Positions 1-11,298 of a DNA stretch of 64,000 nt are shown piece by piece (positions within the stretch are counted from its first letter, which is position 1; each line of letters opens with the position of its first letter). The DNA comes from Escherichia coli (GTDB lineage: Bacteria; Pseudomonadota; Gammaproteobacteria; Enterobacterales; Enterobacteriaceae), in assembly GCF_036507355.1 (NCBI RefSeq), contig NZ_AP027877.1; one strand, given 5' to 3'. Made by a program: the position numbers and the translations under genes. Under the pieces are notes generated by a model. The model was not told the origin of the DNA. It saw only the letters and a program-made list of their open reading frames with translations, and searched no databases.

Positions 1-217
1 GCAGCTCCGTATCGTCGTCAGGAATGCTGGCATCGGGCTTTACCTCGTACAGCGCCCCCTCTACCTGATCAATCAACCGCTGTTGGTCATTTTGCGCCAT
101 ATTGCGAAGCATTGCAGTGACGATAATCTCCAAAGCTTCTACCTGCGCACACAGTTCTTTCGACTCTTCTTCTTTTTGGGCAAGCTTAAATAACAACTCA
201 GCAATGAGATTTTTCAT
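1..217 (-). CDS. iraP: Anti-adaptor protein IraP, 5' part only (C-terminus lies beyond the window start)
   Basis: Reverse-strand translation from the ATG at 217..215 reads [42 protein letters not shown]..., matching IraP as recalled; divergent from ddlA. Confidence 0.8.
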
Positions 218-679
218 GTCTGTATTTCCTTATCCAAAGTATGGAGAAGTTAACATTATATTTCACAACTTCATAGTGTCTGGAAGTATTATTTTTATGA
301 CAAAGGAAATACTTTGCGCAAATATTTTTTGTTTGATTACCAGCGAAACGTTTCTCTTATTTAAATAATTACCCACACAAAATATAGGCTTTTAATTATC
401 AACCTTTATTATAAATAAAAGTTATGAAATATATTCTCTTCGTTAACTTATAATTAAGAGAAAAAAACTCACCGCATGGCCATTTAAGCCAGGAATAAAT
501 TAGCTTCCCGTTCATCATTTTTGTGATCTTGCGCACATCTTTGAGATAACGCACTTTCTTCACCAGTACGTTGCACGCTTTGTCAGCAGAAGATTGCAAC
601 AATCTTTCAGAAGGCCGCGAATCCCCCGTTTTGTCGTGGTAATGTATGCACTTTGTGTTAGACGGGATAGGTTTATAAG

Positions 680-1774
680 ATGGAAAAACTGCGGGTAGGA
701 ATCGTTTTTGGTGGTAAATCAGCGGAACATGAAGTGTCTCTGCAATCGGCAAAAAACATTGTCGATGCCATTGATAAAAGTCGCTTCGACGTTGTGCTGC
801 TGGGCATTGATAAACAAGGGCAATGGCACGTCAGCGATGCCAGCAATTATCTGCTAAATGCAGACGATCCTGCCCATATTGCGTTGCGCCCTTCGGCGAC
901 CAGCCTCGCCCAGGTGCCAGGTAAACATGAGCATCAGCTTATCGACGCGCAAAACGGTCAGCCGTTGCCGACGGTGGATGTCATTTTCCCGATTGTCCAC
1001 GGTACGCTGGGCGAAGATGGTTCCTTGCAGGGAATGCTGCGGGTCGCCAATTTACCGTTTGTAGGTTCTGATGTTCTGGCTTCAGCAGCCTGTATGGATA
1101 AAGATGTCACCAAACGTCTGCTACGCGATGCCGGGCTGAACATTGCGCCATTTATTACCCTGACGCGCGCTAATCGTCACAACATCAGTTTTGCCGAAGT
1201 GGAGTCTAAACTGGGGTTACCACTGTTTGTAAAACCGGCTAATCAGGGCTCTTCTGTTGGTGTCAGCAAAGTAACCAGTGAAGAACAGTACGCAATTGCC
1301 GTCGATCTGGCGTTCGAGTTCGATCATAAAGTGATCGTTGAGCAAGGGATCAAAGGTCGTGAGATCGAATGCGCAGTTCTGGGCAACGACAATCCGCAAG
1401 CCAGCACCTGTGGCGAGATCGTACTCACCAGCGATTTCTATGCCTACGACACCAAGTACATTGACGAAGATGGCGCGAAAGTGGTAGTTCCGGCAGCCAT
1501 TGCGCCAGAAATCAACGATAAGATCCGGGCGATTGCCGTTCAGGCTTATCAGACGTTGGGATGCGCAGGCATGGCGCGTGTAGACGTGTTTTTAACCCCA
1601 GAGAACGAAGTGGTGATCAACGAGATCAACACCCTGCCTGGCTTCACCAACATCAGTATGTATCCGAAGCTGTGGCAAGCCAGCGGTTTGGGTTACACCG
1701 ATCTGATCACACGTTTGATTGAACTGGCGCTGGAGCGTCACGCTGCGGATAACGCATTGAAAACCACAATGTAA
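680..1774 (+). CDS. ddlA: D-alanine--D-alanine ligase A
   Basis: 364-aa [23 protein letters not shown]... with ATP-grasp ligase features; length and sequence as recalled for DdlA. Confidence 0.95.
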   Translation: MEKLRVGIVFGGKSAEHEVSLQSAKNIVDAIDKSRFDVVLLGIDKQGQWHVSDASNYLLNADDPAHIALRPSATSLAQVPGKHEHQLIDAQNGQPLPTVDVIFPIVHGTLGEDGSLQGMLRVANLPFVGSDVLASAACMDKDVTKRLLRDAGLNIAPFITLTRANRHNISFAEVESKLGLPLFVKPANQGSSVGVSKVTSEEQYAIAVDLAFEFDHKVIVEQGIKGREIECAVLGNDNPQASTCGEIVLTSDFYAYDTKYIDEDGAKVVVPAAIAPEINDKIRAIAVQAYQTLGCAGMARVDVFLTPENEVVINEINTLPGFTNISMYPKLWQASGLGYTDLITRLIELALERHAADNALKTTM

Positions 1775-1780
1775 TATTTT

Positions 1781-1820
1781 AACGCCCGATAATATTCTTA
1801 TTGGGCGTTTTCAGTTTCTT
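1781..1820 (+). terminator. Probable intrinsic terminator after ddlA
   Basis: Imperfect hairpin aacgcccgataa / ttattgggcgtt (1781-1809, loop tattc) followed by a T-rich run tttcagtttctt; overlaps the yaiZ stop on the other strand. Confidence 0.45.
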
Positions 1821-2010
1821 CATCGCGACGACGAATAATCAACCCCGCCAGCCAGAAACTAATCACCCACGTCACCAGACCGACGGCATAGGTCTGCCAA
1901 CCTTTTGCTTCAAATCCCAGTAACCCCACCACGCCATTAAGAATGAATATAAGGCCAATGGCGAACGCATAGTAGTGCCAGTCACGGCGGATTTTTACAG
2001 GCAGATTCAT
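1798..2010 (-). CDS. yaiZ: Small inner-membrane protein YaiZ (DUF2754-like)
   Basis: 70-aa hydrophobic product MNLPVKIRRDWHYYAFAIGLIFILNG... starting at an internal Met of the 114-aa track ORF. Confidence 0.75.
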   Translation of the reverse strand: MNLPVKIRRDWHYYAFAIGLIFILNGVVGLLGFEAKGWQTYAVGLVTWVISFWLAGLIIRRRDEETENAQ

Positions 2011-2269
2011 GGCTGCTCCGTTAACGAAAAACAACATCCTTGCATATTCTGCAACAACCGTCTGTGGTGTAGACAACATTTTCGCAATTGTTAATAAATT
2101 TAACTTAAAGTTGCTATTTTGTGACTCGCAACGAAGATTCACGCTTCGGGAATATTCCCAACATCAATTTACCATGATTCTGATATTGACAATCTAAATG
2201 ACCTGTCAGACTTGCCATAAGCCGCTGGTATCACACCAGAAGAGAAGCAGATGACTTCCGGAGGTTTTT

Positions 2270-2578
2270 ATGGCTGATTTCACCCTGTCAAAATCGCTGT
2301 TTAGCGGAAAATATCGCAATGCCTCTTCAACGCCTGGCAACATTGCCTATGCGTTGTTTGTGCTGTTTTGCTTTTGGGCTGGGGCGCAATTGCTGAACCT
2401 GTTAGTGCATGCGCCCGGCGTCTATGAGCGTTTAATGCAGGTCCAGGAAACAGGTCGCCCACGGGTGGAAATTGGTTTAGGTGTCGGCACCATTTTCGGG
2501 CTGATCCCGTTTTTAGTAGGCTGCCTCATTTTTGCAGTGGTGGCGCTATGGCTGCACTGGCGACATCGCCGCCAGTAA
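2270..2578 (+). CDS. yaiY: Small inner-membrane protein YaiY (DUF2755-like)
   Basis: 102-aa [23 protein letters not shown]... with two hydrophobic segments; divergent from yaiZ. Confidence 0.8.
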
Positions 2579-2636
2579 GATTTACGTTGCCAGATACGGC
2601 CTAAAACGCCTTATCTGGCATGACATTCCTGTTTAA

Positions 2637-3731
2637 TCACTGTTTCATACAACGCGCCCGCCGTTCGTCTACGCGCTTCGCAAACCAGGCCGTAGTCAGG
2701 TTGCGGGTGATTTTCGGGCTTTCCAGTTGAATGCCAGGCAACATTTCGCGGGGGAGTGATTTACCCGTTTTCGCTTCGGCAAGTTGATAAACTTTCTTGT
2801 ACAGCGCCGTCTCCTCAAAAGAGAAGCTGTCACCTTTCTCTAGCTGACGACGAATTTCGCTGTCGCTCATCCCCAGTTTTGCCGCCAGTTTGCGCGTTGC
2901 CAGTTCGGTTTTCCCGGGTTCTTTACTGTCGTAACGAATTAAATCACCGTCCAGTGCCAGCTTCACGCCGCTGGCCTTACTGACCGCGTTCTGAAACGCG
3001 GCATTACGGCTGGCATACCAGCCAGCGTTAAAATCAGCAAAACGGTATATCGGTGCGCTATAACTGGCGGGATAATTCAGTAAATGGTAAGTACCAAACC
3101 ACAACCCGCCGCGGCGACTAAAGACTTCCTGACGGACTGTACCGTCCATTTTCCACGGATACCCTTTGGTATGCTGTTCGGCAAAAGCAATGCTGACCTG
3201 CATCGGCCCACCGGTGCGCACCGGATTAAGCGAACCAAACAGCGTCTGCCCCATTGGCACCATGCTGATCAGATCGTCAAAAATCGCGCTCAATTGCTTT
3301 TCTGTACGCACCGAATCTAACCGTTCGCTATAACTTTTGCCGTTTGGCGATTTGATTTTTAGCGCGGTATGAACCAGAAAAGCAGGAATGTGCATCCGTT
3401 CAGCACGACGGTCAATCTCTTGCCAGGCGATCTTGCTTAAGCCCGGAACGGCCGGATCTGCCTGATAATTTGACTCCTGCTGCGCCATCGCCAGCACCGA
3501 GCAGACGTTTTCCAGCGTCGGTGCCAGCCCCTGACTTTCAAAGGTGATGGCGAGATCTTTCGCCCAAGCATCGCGGTCTTTCACGCTCGCAGGCATCTTC
3601 TGCCGCACGACGCTCGCCACATCTATCTCTTTTTCGCCCTTTTTCAACGGTTGCGGAGCCCGACTACTACACCCCGCTAAAACCAGAACCGCCAACAATG
3701 ACAGCGAAGATAGAGGATTGACGCGCGACAT
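2637..3731 (-). CDS. yaiW: Outer-membrane lipoprotein YaiW
   Basis: 364-aa ORF with lipoprotein signal MSRVNPLSSLSLLAVLVLAGCSS (lipobox LAGC); immediately downstream of sbmA. Confidence 0.85.
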   Translation of the reverse strand: MSRVNPLSSLSLLAVLVLAGCSSRAPQPLKKGEKEIDVASVVRQKMPASVKDRDAWAKDLAITFESQGLAPTLENVCSVLAMAQQESNYQADPAVPGLSKIAWQEIDRRAERMHIPAFLVHTALKIKSPNGKSYSERLDSVRTEKQLSAIFDDLISMVPMGQTLFGSLNPVRTGGPMQVSIAFAEQHTKGYPWKMDGTVRQEVFSRRGGLWFGTYHLLNYPASYSAPIYRFADFNAGWYASRNAAFQNAVSKASGVKLALDGDLIRYDSKEPGKTELATRKLAAKLGMSDSEIRRQLEKGDSFSFEETALYKKVYQLAEAKTGKSLPREMLPGIQLESPKITRNLTTAWFAKRVDERRARCMKQ

Positions 3732-3743
3732 TACTTCTCCTTT

Positions 3744-4964
3744 TTAGCTCAAGGTATGGGTTACTTCCTGAATTTTGTCACCATCCAGCTCATGTTCAAA
3801 GCTGCGCAGACGTTTGTAGATAGACATCAACTCAACCAGTGTGGTCCATGAGTTAATCAGGTACTGGAAAGCACCGCGAACCTGACCAAAAACGTTGGTA
3901 ATCTGCGTCATCAGGCCGAGCGTAATCGTACCGGCAACAATTGACGGAAACAGCAAGAACAAACCGAAAACGTTATCGACCTGCAAATAGAGAATGCGAG
4001 CGATGTTGAAATACATATAGTGAAAATAGAGGCGGAAATAGTTTTTCCGTACGGCGCTAAACAGCTCGCGTACCGTTGGCGGCGTCGCGCGCGTGGCATC
4101 GTCTTCACCATAAACCAGCTCTTTACGGTAGGCAGCCTCTACACGCTGGTTTTTAAACTCCAGCCCCGGCAGTTTGATCCCTACCACTGCCAGCAATCCG
4201 GTCCCCATCAGCGACCAGACGATAGCGGCAATCACCAGACCATACGGAATGTGCCCGATAATCGGCAGCTCCGGCACATGCGCGGAGAGCGTTACCAGCA
4301 CCGGCAGGAAGGCGATCAACGTCATGATGGCGTTGATAAAACTGACCCCCATATTCTCCAGCGTTGAAGCAAAACGCATGGTGTCTTCCTGCACACGCTG
4401 TGCGGCGCCTTCGATATGACGCAGTTGTTGCCAGTTCGCCATGTAATATTCGTTCATCGCCGTACGCCAGCGGAACACGTAGTGACTGACAAAGAAGTTA
4501 TTCAGCACACTGATCACTACCGCGATCAGCGCAATCCCCAGAAAGACGCCCACTTCGCGGTAAAATTGTTCGATAGTGACTTTATGCGGCGAACTTAGCG
4601 CGGTTTGAATCAGATCATAGAACGGTGCATACCAGGCGTTGACGGCAACCCCGACTTCCACCAAAAACCAGGTGACGAAGATGATCAGTGCAGTACCGAG
4701 TATTGACCAGTATTGCCAACGGTGCGGGCTGTAGATAAACCAGAACAATGCAAAAAGTCCTACGCAAACAATGTAGTAAGCGTAAAAAATCAGGAAATCC
4801 AACGACCAGAAACGCGCGGCGCTAATCGGGATCTGCCCGGAAGCGCCGGTGATACGCGCCACCCAGTCACCCCCACCGGCTTGCCAGAAGATAACGGCAA
4901 TCAATGCCCAAACAAAGGCCGAGAGAAAAAACGTTCCCGGCTTTGGGAAAAAAGACTTAAACAT
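3744..4964 (-). CDS. sbmA: Peptide antibiotic/microcin transporter SbmA
   Basis: 406 aa from [31 protein letters not shown]...; polytopic membrane protein; track ORF has a 2-codon upstream extension. Confidence 0.95.
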   Translation of the reverse strand: MFKSFFPKPGTFFLSAFVWALIAVIFWQAGGGDWVARITGASGQIPISAARFWSLDFLIFYAYYIVCVGLFALFWFIYSPHRWQYWSILGTALIIFVTWFLVEVGVAVNAWYAPFYDLIQTALSSPHKVTIEQFYREVGVFLGIALIAVVISVLNNFFVSHYVFRWRTAMNEYYMANWQQLRHIEGAAQRVQEDTMRFASTLENMGVSFINAIMTLIAFLPVLVTLSAHVPELPIIGHIPYGLVIAAIVWSLMGTGLLAVVGIKLPGLEFKNQRVEAAYRKELVYGEDDATRATPPTVRELFSAVRKNYFRLYFHYMYFNIARILYLQVDNVFGLFLLFPSIVAGTITLGLMTQITNVFGQVRGAFQYLINSWTTLVELMSIYKRLRSFEHELDGDKIQEVTHTLS

Positions 4965-5315
4965 ATGCACTCCTGCTAACTTCTTATCGTTTTAACAACT
5001 GCTGTGTATTAACCGCATGACCGCTACAAAGCGTCAGCCAAATGAAACCGCCCATTGTGACCCATAGCAAGGCGCTTAGTTCGCCAGCCTGGCCATAAGA
5101 ATTGTTTCGACGGATTTCACAAACCAAAGATTGTTTACATAAGCGGATTAACACGCGCAGGATCACAAATGCAGGCATTGGTGAGCAGGAAAAAGATCGT
5201 GTTTACGCGCCGTTACGTTTTTAACACTATTATTGCACTAATGCGCCCTTTGCAATCCATCAATGAGTAGTATAAATACGCTCAGTTACCTTCATTCAAT
5301 TTATGGACACCACCG

Positions 5316-6473
5316 TTGAAACGTAGTCTGCTTTTTTCTGCCGTGCTGTGTGCGGCGTCATTGACCTCCGTCCATGCGGCGCAGCCGATCACTGAACCGG
5401 AGTTTGCCTCTGATATTGTCGATCGTTATGCCGATCATATTTTTTACGGCAGCGGTGCCACGGGGATGGCGCTGGTTGTTATCGACGGTAACCAGCGCGT
5501 CTTTCGCAGTTATGGCGAAACGCGACCTGGTAATAACGTTCGCCCGCAGCTGGATTCGGTCGTGCGTATTGCTTCCCTCACCAAGCTAATGACCAGTGAG
5601 ATGCTGGTGAAATTGCTCGACCAGGGGACCGTGAAGTTAAACGATCCGCTAAGTAAATATGCTCCGCCAGGCGCACGCGTGCCAACCTACAATGGGACGC
5701 CCATTACGCTGGTCAATCTGGCAACCCATACCAGCGCCCTGCCCCGTGAACAGCCCGGTGGCGCGGCACATCGTCCGGTGTTTGTCTGGCCAACGCGCGA
5801 GCAACGCTGGAAATACCTTTCTACGGCGAAGCTGAAAGCCGCGCCAGGCAGTCAGGCGGCGTACTCTAACCTTGCGTTCGACCTGCTGGCAGATGCACTG
5901 GCGAATGCGTCCGGCAAGCCTTATACCCAGTTGTTTGAAGAGCAGATTACCCGTCCATTGGGGATGAAAGACACCACCTACACCCCCTCACCGGATCAGT
6001 GCCGCCGTTTAATGGTTGCTGAGCGCGGTGCCAGTCCGTGCAATAACACGCTGGCGGCAATTGGCAGCGGCGGCGTCTATTCCACGCCTGGCGATATGAT
6101 GCGCTGGATGCAGCAGTATTTGTCATCTGATTTTTATCAGCGCAGTAACCAGGCAGATCGCATGCAGACGTTGATTTATCAGCGCGCGCAGTTTACGAAA
6201 GTGATTGGCATGGATGTCCCCGGCAAAGCGGATGCGCTTGGTTTAGGCTGGGTATATATGGCCCCGAAAGAGGGTCGTCCGGGGATTATTCAGAAGACAG
6301 GTGGTGGTGGCGGTTTCATTACCTATATGGCGATGATCCCGCAGAAGAATATTGGCGCGTTTGTGGTGGTCACTCGTTCGCCGTTGACGCGCTTTAAAAA
6401 TATGAGCGATGGCATCAATGATCTGGTGACCGAGCTAAGCGGGAATAAACCGTTGGTTATCCCCGCGTCCTGA
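5316..6473 (+). CDS. ampH: Penicillin-binding protein AmpH (class C beta-lactamase-like DD-peptidase)
   Basis: 385-aa ORF with TTG start, signal peptide MKRSLLFSAVLCAASLTSVHA and serine-hydrolase motif ASLTK. Confidence 0.9.
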   Translation: MKRSLLFSAVLCAASLTSVHAAQPITEPEFASDIVDRYADHIFYGSGATGMALVVIDGNQRVFRSYGETRPGNNVRPQLDSVVRIASLTKLMTSEMLVKLLDQGTVKLNDPLSKYAPPGARVPTYNGTPITLVNLATHTSALPREQPGGAAHRPVFVWPTREQRWKYLSTAKLKAAPGSQAAYSNLAFDLLADALANASGKPYTQLFEEQITRPLGMKDTTYTPSPDQCRRLMVAERGASPCNNTLAAIGSGGVYSTPGDMMRWMQQYLSSDFYQRSNQADRMQTLIYQRAQFTKVIGMDVPGKADALGLGWVYMAPKEGRPGIIQKTGGGGGFITYMAMIPQKNIGAFVVVTRSPLTRFKNMSDGINDLVTELSGNKPLVIPAS

Positions 6474-6663
6474 TTAATACTCTGAAGGCAAACGGTTGAT
6501 AGCGACCAGTTTGCCTTTATTCATTTCGATATAGCCGCCTTTACGCAAAGCAGCGAGAACTTCTGCGACGACAGAACGCGATATGCGTGTACGTTGATGG
6601 ATATAATTCATCACACCAATACGTGATCGCAATTCTTCATTCCAGTCAATCATTGATAATAAC

Positions 6664-6722
<59 letters not shown>

Positions 6723-6856
6723 AATTCTATTTTGCCAGGCTAACCAGTAAAAAGCGTCTCGCCAGAGTTGATTTTGTTCAATAAGCGTAATGGTTTGTTT
6801 GGCTGGTAGATGATATCCCGTACAATTTCCTTCTGATATTAATTTGTATGGTATAT

Positions 6857-6865
6857 CGTTTTTCA
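6857..6865. repeat. IS1 target-site duplication, left copy (CGTTTTTCA)
   Basis: 9 bp immediately left of the IS1 inverted repeat, identical to 7634..7642. Confidence 0.85.
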
Positions 6866-6920
6866 GGTGATGCTGCCAACTTACTGATTTAGTGTATGAT
6901 GGTGTTTTTGAGGTGCTCCA

Positions 6921-7196
6921 GTGGCTTCTGTTTCTATCAGCTGTCCCTCCTGTTCAGCTACTGACGGGGTGGTGCGTAACGGCAAAAGCACCGCCGGACA
7001 TCAGCGCTATCTCTGCTCTCACTGCCGTAAAACATGGCAACTGCAGTTCACTTACACCGCTTCTCAACCCGGTACGCACCAGAAAATCATTGATATGGCC
7101 ATGAATGGCGTTGGATGCCGGGCAACAGCCCGCATTATGGGCGTTGGCCTCAACACGATTTTACGTCACTTAAAAAACTCAGGCCGCAGTCGGTAA
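6921..7196 (+). CDS. insA: IS1 protein InsA
   Basis: 91-aa [43 protein letters not shown]... (zinc-finger/HTH InsA). Confidence 0.9.
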
Positions 7197-7618
7197 CCTC
7201 GCGCATACAGCCGGGCAGTGACGTCATCGTCTGCGCGGAAATGGACGAACAGTGGGGCTATGTCGGGGCTAAATCGCGCCAGCGCTGGCTGTTTTACGCG
7301 TATGACAGGCTCCGGAAGACGGTTGTTGCGCACGTATTCGGTGAACGCACGATGGCGACGCTGGGGCGTCTTATGAGCCTGCTGTCACCCTTTGACGTGG
7401 TGATATGGATGACGGATGGCTGGCCGCTGTATGAATCCCGCCTGAAGGGAAAGCTGCACGTAATCAGCAAGCGATATACGCAGCGAATTGAGCGGCATAA
7501 CCTGAATCTGAGGCAGCACCTGGCACGGCTGGGACGGAAGTCGCTGTCGTTCTCAAAATCGGTGGAGCTGCATGACAAAGTCATCGGGCATTATCTGAAC
7601 ATAAAACACTATCAATAA
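7115..7618 (+). CDS. insB: IS1 InsB reading frame (transposase made as InsAB' by -1 frameshift)
   Basis: 167-aa -1-frame ORF overlapping the insA 3' end; slippery A6C motif TTAAAAAACTC at about 7171-7180. Confidence 0.85.
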
Positions 7619-7633
7619 GTTGGAGTCATTACC

Positions 7634-7642
7634 CGTTTTTCA
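7634..7642. repeat. IS1 target-site duplication, right copy (CGTTTTTCA)
   Basis: 9 bp immediately right of the IS1 end, identical to 6857..6865. Confidence 0.85.
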
Positions 7643-7821
7643 TTAAACCATCAGCCAGCCCCATAATATAAGGAGCCTGGGTAATACCGATAAGTACGTT
7701 TTCTTCTCTACGCAGAGAGATAACGCCCTCTAAAATAACGAAAGTATCTTCGCTATTGACATCACTGGAAAATATAACTTGCTTTTCATTATTAAACTCG
7801 AAGCGCGTACCGTATCTGGAC

Positions 7822-7939
<118 letters not shown>

Positions 7940-7961
7940 TATTTCTTCGGAGTGAAGAATA

Positions 7962-8132
<171 letters not shown>

Positions 8133-8150
8133 TGAATCGCCACGGATAAT

Positions 8151-8963
8151 CTAGACACTTCCGAGCCGTTGATAATACTGGTTTTCATATTCTGTCGGTG
8201 ACATCTGATCGCTGGAACCATGCCGACGCTTACTGTTATAAAACATTTCGATGTAATCAAAAATATCGCTGCGGGCTTCTTCCCGCGTTCCGTAGATCTT
8301 TTTCTTTATCCGTTCGCGTTTCAACAACTGGAAAAAGCTTTCTGCAACCGCATTATCATGGCAGTTACCGCGACGGCTCATGCTGCCATCCAGGCCGTGT
8401 GATTTCAGGAACGACTGCCACTCATGGCTTGTGTACTGACTGCCCTGATCCGAATGAACCAGCACCTGTTTTTGGGGATTACGGCGCCATACAGCCATCA
8501 GCAGTGCGTTCAGGACAATGTCCTTTGTCATCCGGGATTGCATGGACCAGCCGATAATTTTGCGTGAGAACAGATCAACAACCACGGCAAGATACAGCCA
8601 GCCTTCGTGGGTCCTGATGTAGGTTATGTCCGTTACCCAACGCTTATCCGGAGCATCCGGATTGAACTGTCGCTGGAGCCTGTTGGGCGACACGATACTG
8701 GCCTCGCCTTTACGTGCCCGCGGGCTCCGGTATCCGACCTGAGCCTTTATCCCGACACGTTTCATCAGTCGCCAGACTCTGTTCACTCCGCACTGTTGCC
8801 CGCTGTCCCGCAGATCCAGATGGATTTTGCGATAACCATAGACGCATCCCGATTCCAGCCAGAACTGTTTAATCTGCCCTGTCAGCCTCAGGTCTGCCTG
8901 ATGGCGTTGTGAATGCGGCTGCTGAAGCCAGGCGTAAAAACCACTGGGATGAACATCCAGCAC
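8151..8963 (-). CDS. IS3-family transposase OrfB (DDE integrase domain)
   Basis: 270-aa ORF with DDE-type motifs (...WVTDITYIRTHEGWLYLAVVVDLFSRKIIGW..., ...LVHSDQGSQYTS..., ...AVAESFFQLLKRE...). Confidence 0.9.
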   Translation of the reverse strand: MLDVHPSGFYAWLQQPHSQRHQADLRLTGQIKQFWLESGCVYGYRKIHLDLRDSGQQCGVNRVWRLMKRVGIKAQVGYRSPRARKGEASIVSPNRLQRQFNPDAPDKRWVTDITYIRTHEGWLYLAVVVDLFSRKIIGWSMQSRMTKDIVLNALLMAVWRRNPQKQVLVHSDQGSQYTSHEWQSFLKSHGLDGSMSRRGNCHDNAVAESFFQLLKRERIKKKIYGTREEARSDIFDYIEMFYNSKRRHGSSDQMSPTEYENQYYQRLGSV

Positions 8964-9019
8964 CCGACAGAGCAGGCGAACAGGCCAGCAACAGGTGTTG
9001 TCACGGATAAAGGCGTACC

Positions 9020-9304
9020 TCAGTCGGACAGCTTTGCGAAGTACGCCGCGGCTTTTTTTAATATGTCCCGTTCGTCGGTAACCCGCTTCAGCTCTTTCTG
9101 GAGACGGCGGATCTCGGCCTGAGCATCTGACTGTTCTTTATTAGCGGAAGAATCCGGACCGTACTTCTTTATCCAGGCGTAAAGGCTGTGGGTGGTGATA
9201 TCGAGACGTGTTGCAACGCTGGCAACAGAATAACCGCGATCAACAACCTGTTTGACTGCTTCAATTTTAAACTCTTCGGGATAACGCTTACCGCTCATGG
9301 GCAC
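9020..9304 (-). CDS. IS3-family OrfA (HTH/leucine-zipper protein)
   Basis: 94-aa ORF MPMSGKRYPEEFKIEAVKQVVDRGYSVASVATRLDITTHSLYAWIKKYG... Confidence 0.9.
   Translation of the reverse strand: MPMSGKRYPEEFKIEAVKQVVDRGYSVASVATRLDITTHSLYAWIKKYGPDSSANKEQSDAQAEIRRLQKELKRVTDERDILKKAAAYFAKLSD
9040..9062 (-). other. Probable programmed -1 ribosomal frameshift site of the IS3-family element
   Basis: An A7 run on the coding strand (T7 at 9053-9059 on +) sits in the 0 frame as ttA AAA AAA Gcc near the OrfA 3' end, as in IS3-family OrfAB frameshift windows. Confidence 0.6.
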
Positions 9305-9361
9305 CTCTCTTTAAGCCATCTTAAATGACTCTGAGGTGTCTGTTAAACCCGTGGCGATTCA

Positions 9362-9699
9362 CCATGAATCAGGGAGTTGCTGATGTTCAACTGGTTTGTT
9401 GTTCCATCAGTAAAGTCATGATTCAGGTAATATGTAGAGATAGCCCCGTTAACAGTGTCACCATTAAAGGTGGTATCGAAATCACCGTTTGTGTTGTTAT
9501 AGTAGACAAAGCCACTATAATTCACATAGTTACCATCTACAGTACCCGGTGCATCCATATTGCTCCAGTCAAGAGCAGTAGTTGGATTGTCGTAATAAGT
9601 CCAGGTGTCATAAGTAGTTGCATTAGCCTGAGAGGTGATAGCCAGAGTGCAAGCCAATGCTAATTGTGATACTACAAGTTTCTTTTTCCAGGAGTGCAT
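9362..9699 (-). pseudogene. 5' remnant of an autotransporter-like gene (yaiT-like), signal peptide and start of passenger
   Basis: ORF begins MHSWKKKLVVSQLALACTLAITSQANA (Sec signal) followed by a Tyr/Asn/Thr/Asp-rich segment; the frame runs into the IS terminal repeat and stops. Confidence 0.55.
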
Positions 9700-10223
9700 T
9701 TGTCATCCCTCCTCAGGGACGTAATAAGTTGATCCATCAATTATCAATGCATAGAAAACATCTTATGTTTCGCGTTTACGATTATGCGGCGTTATAGAGG
9801 AATGGTTCAATTATTCTTTCCCCTAAGTCCGATTGCGGACATATATAAAAATATCTATACGCACAAAGAATAAGTTGACAAAAACACTGCATTTCAACAC
9901 GTTAATGAAATCATTAATTTTGAATTATAGATCCTGAAAATACCAAAACAACAAATCAGACAAATAATTTATCAATAAACAATGAACTTTAAGTAATTCA
10001 ATTTTTGACAGTTCAACCAAATTAGCAAAAATAATAACCAGCACCTATAAATAAAAATTAAAAATATTTTCAGTGAATATGAAATTATTGCTATTTCTAT
10101 TACAAAGATGTCCTGGCCTCTCTTCCATTCTCTTCTTGTCAACATCGCGACAACTTTCGTAAAACATCCCCACCCTGCTTCAGGTATACTATGCCCCTCG
10201 ATTCCACAAACATCAGGCAGACC

Positions 10224-11198
10224 ATGACAGACTTAATCCAACGCCCTCGTCGCCTGCGCAAATCTCCTGCGCTGCGCGCTATGTTTGAAGAGACAACACT
10301 TAGCCTTAACGACCTGGTGTTGCCGATCTTTGTTGAAGAAGAAATTGACGACTACAAAGCCGTTGAAGCCATGCCAGGCGTGATGCGCATTCCAGAGAAA
10401 CATCTGGCACGCGAAATTGAACGCATCGCCAACGCCGGTATTCGTTCCGTGATGACTTTTGGCATCTCTCACCATACCGATGAAACCGGCAGCGATGCCT
10501 GGCGGGAAGATGGACTGGTGGCGCGTATGTCGCGCATCTGCAAGCAGACAGTGCCAGAAATGATTGTCATGTCAGACACCTGTTTCTGTGAATACACTTC
10601 TCACGGTCACTGCGGTGTGCTGTGCGAGCATGGCGTCGACAACGACGCGACTCTGGAAAATTTAGGCAAGCAAGCCGTGGTTGCAGCTGCTGCAGGTGCA
10701 GACTTCATCGCCCCTTCCGCCGCGATGGATGGCCAGGTACAGGCGATTCGCCAGGCGCTGGACGCTGCTGGCTTTAAAGATACGGCGATTATGTCGTATT
10801 CGACCAAGTTCGCCTCCTCCTTTTATGGTCCGTTCCGTGAAGCTGCCGGAAGCGCATTAAAAGGCGACCGCAAAAGCTATCAGATGAACCCAATGAACCG
10901 TCGTGAGGCGATTCGTGAGTCACTGCTGGATGAAGCCCAGGGCGCAGACTGCCTGATGGTTAAACCTGCTGGAGCGTACCTCGACATCGTGCGTGAGCTG
11001 CGTGAACGTACTGAATTGCCGATTGGCGCGTATCAGGTGAGCGGTGAGTACGCGATGATTAAGTTCGCCGCGCTGGCGGGTGCTATAGATGAAGAGAAAG
11101 TGGTGCTCGAAAGCTTAGGTTCGATTAAGCGTGCGGGTGCGGATCTGATTTTCAGCTACTTTGCGCTGGATTTGGCTGAGAAGAAGATTCTGCGTTAA
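10224..11198 (+). CDS. hemB: Porphobilinogen synthase (delta-aminolevulinic acid dehydratase)
   Basis: 324 aa from [40 protein letters not shown]...; track ORF starts 11 codons upstream. Confidence 0.95.
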
Positions 11199-11244
11199 TT
11201 TTGTTTCCTCTCAGAAAGGGGGAGTTAACCTGTTGAAAGTACGG

Positions 11245-11298
11245 TGAACGCCCCCTCACCCTAACCCTCTCCCCAAGGGGGCGAGGGGACCGTCCACT
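11245..11298. repeat. GC-rich imperfect palindromic element between convergent hemB and tauD (Box C-like)
   Basis: gccccctcaccctaaccctctccccaagggggcgaggggaccgtcc; arms cccctcaccc / ggggcgagggg are near-complementary. Confidence 0.3.

Larger units (their letters stand above)
6866..7633 (+). mobile_element. Insertion sequence IS1 (768 bp)
   Basis: Begins GGTGATGCTGCCAACTTACTGAT and ends ...AAGTTGGAGTCATTACC (terminal inverted repeats); contains insA and insB; flanked by a 9-bp direct repeat. Confidence 0.95.
8133..9361 (-). mobile_element. IS3-family insertion sequence (about 1229 bp, OrfA/OrfB type)
   Basis: Terminal inverted repeats TGAATCGCCACGG at both ends (8133-8145 and 9349-9361, opposite strands), followed by an imperfect extension; OrfA and OrfB overlap in a -1 arrangement; exact IS name not assigned. 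Confidence 0.85.

Noticed and set aside
102-368. 88-aa ORF on the + strand
   Set aside because: Lies antisense to the iraP coding region and its promoter; low-complexity product; no independent support
399-752. 117-aa reverse-strand ORF overlapping the ddlA start
   Set aside because: Sits in the iraP-ddlA intergenic and promoter region and overlaps the ddlA start; no recognisable domain
8133-9361. Naming the element as IS3 itself
   Set aside because: OrfA and OrfB differ clearly from the IS3 InsE/InsF sequences I remember and the ends are not the IS3 ends; left as an unnamed IS3-family member pending an ISfinder search
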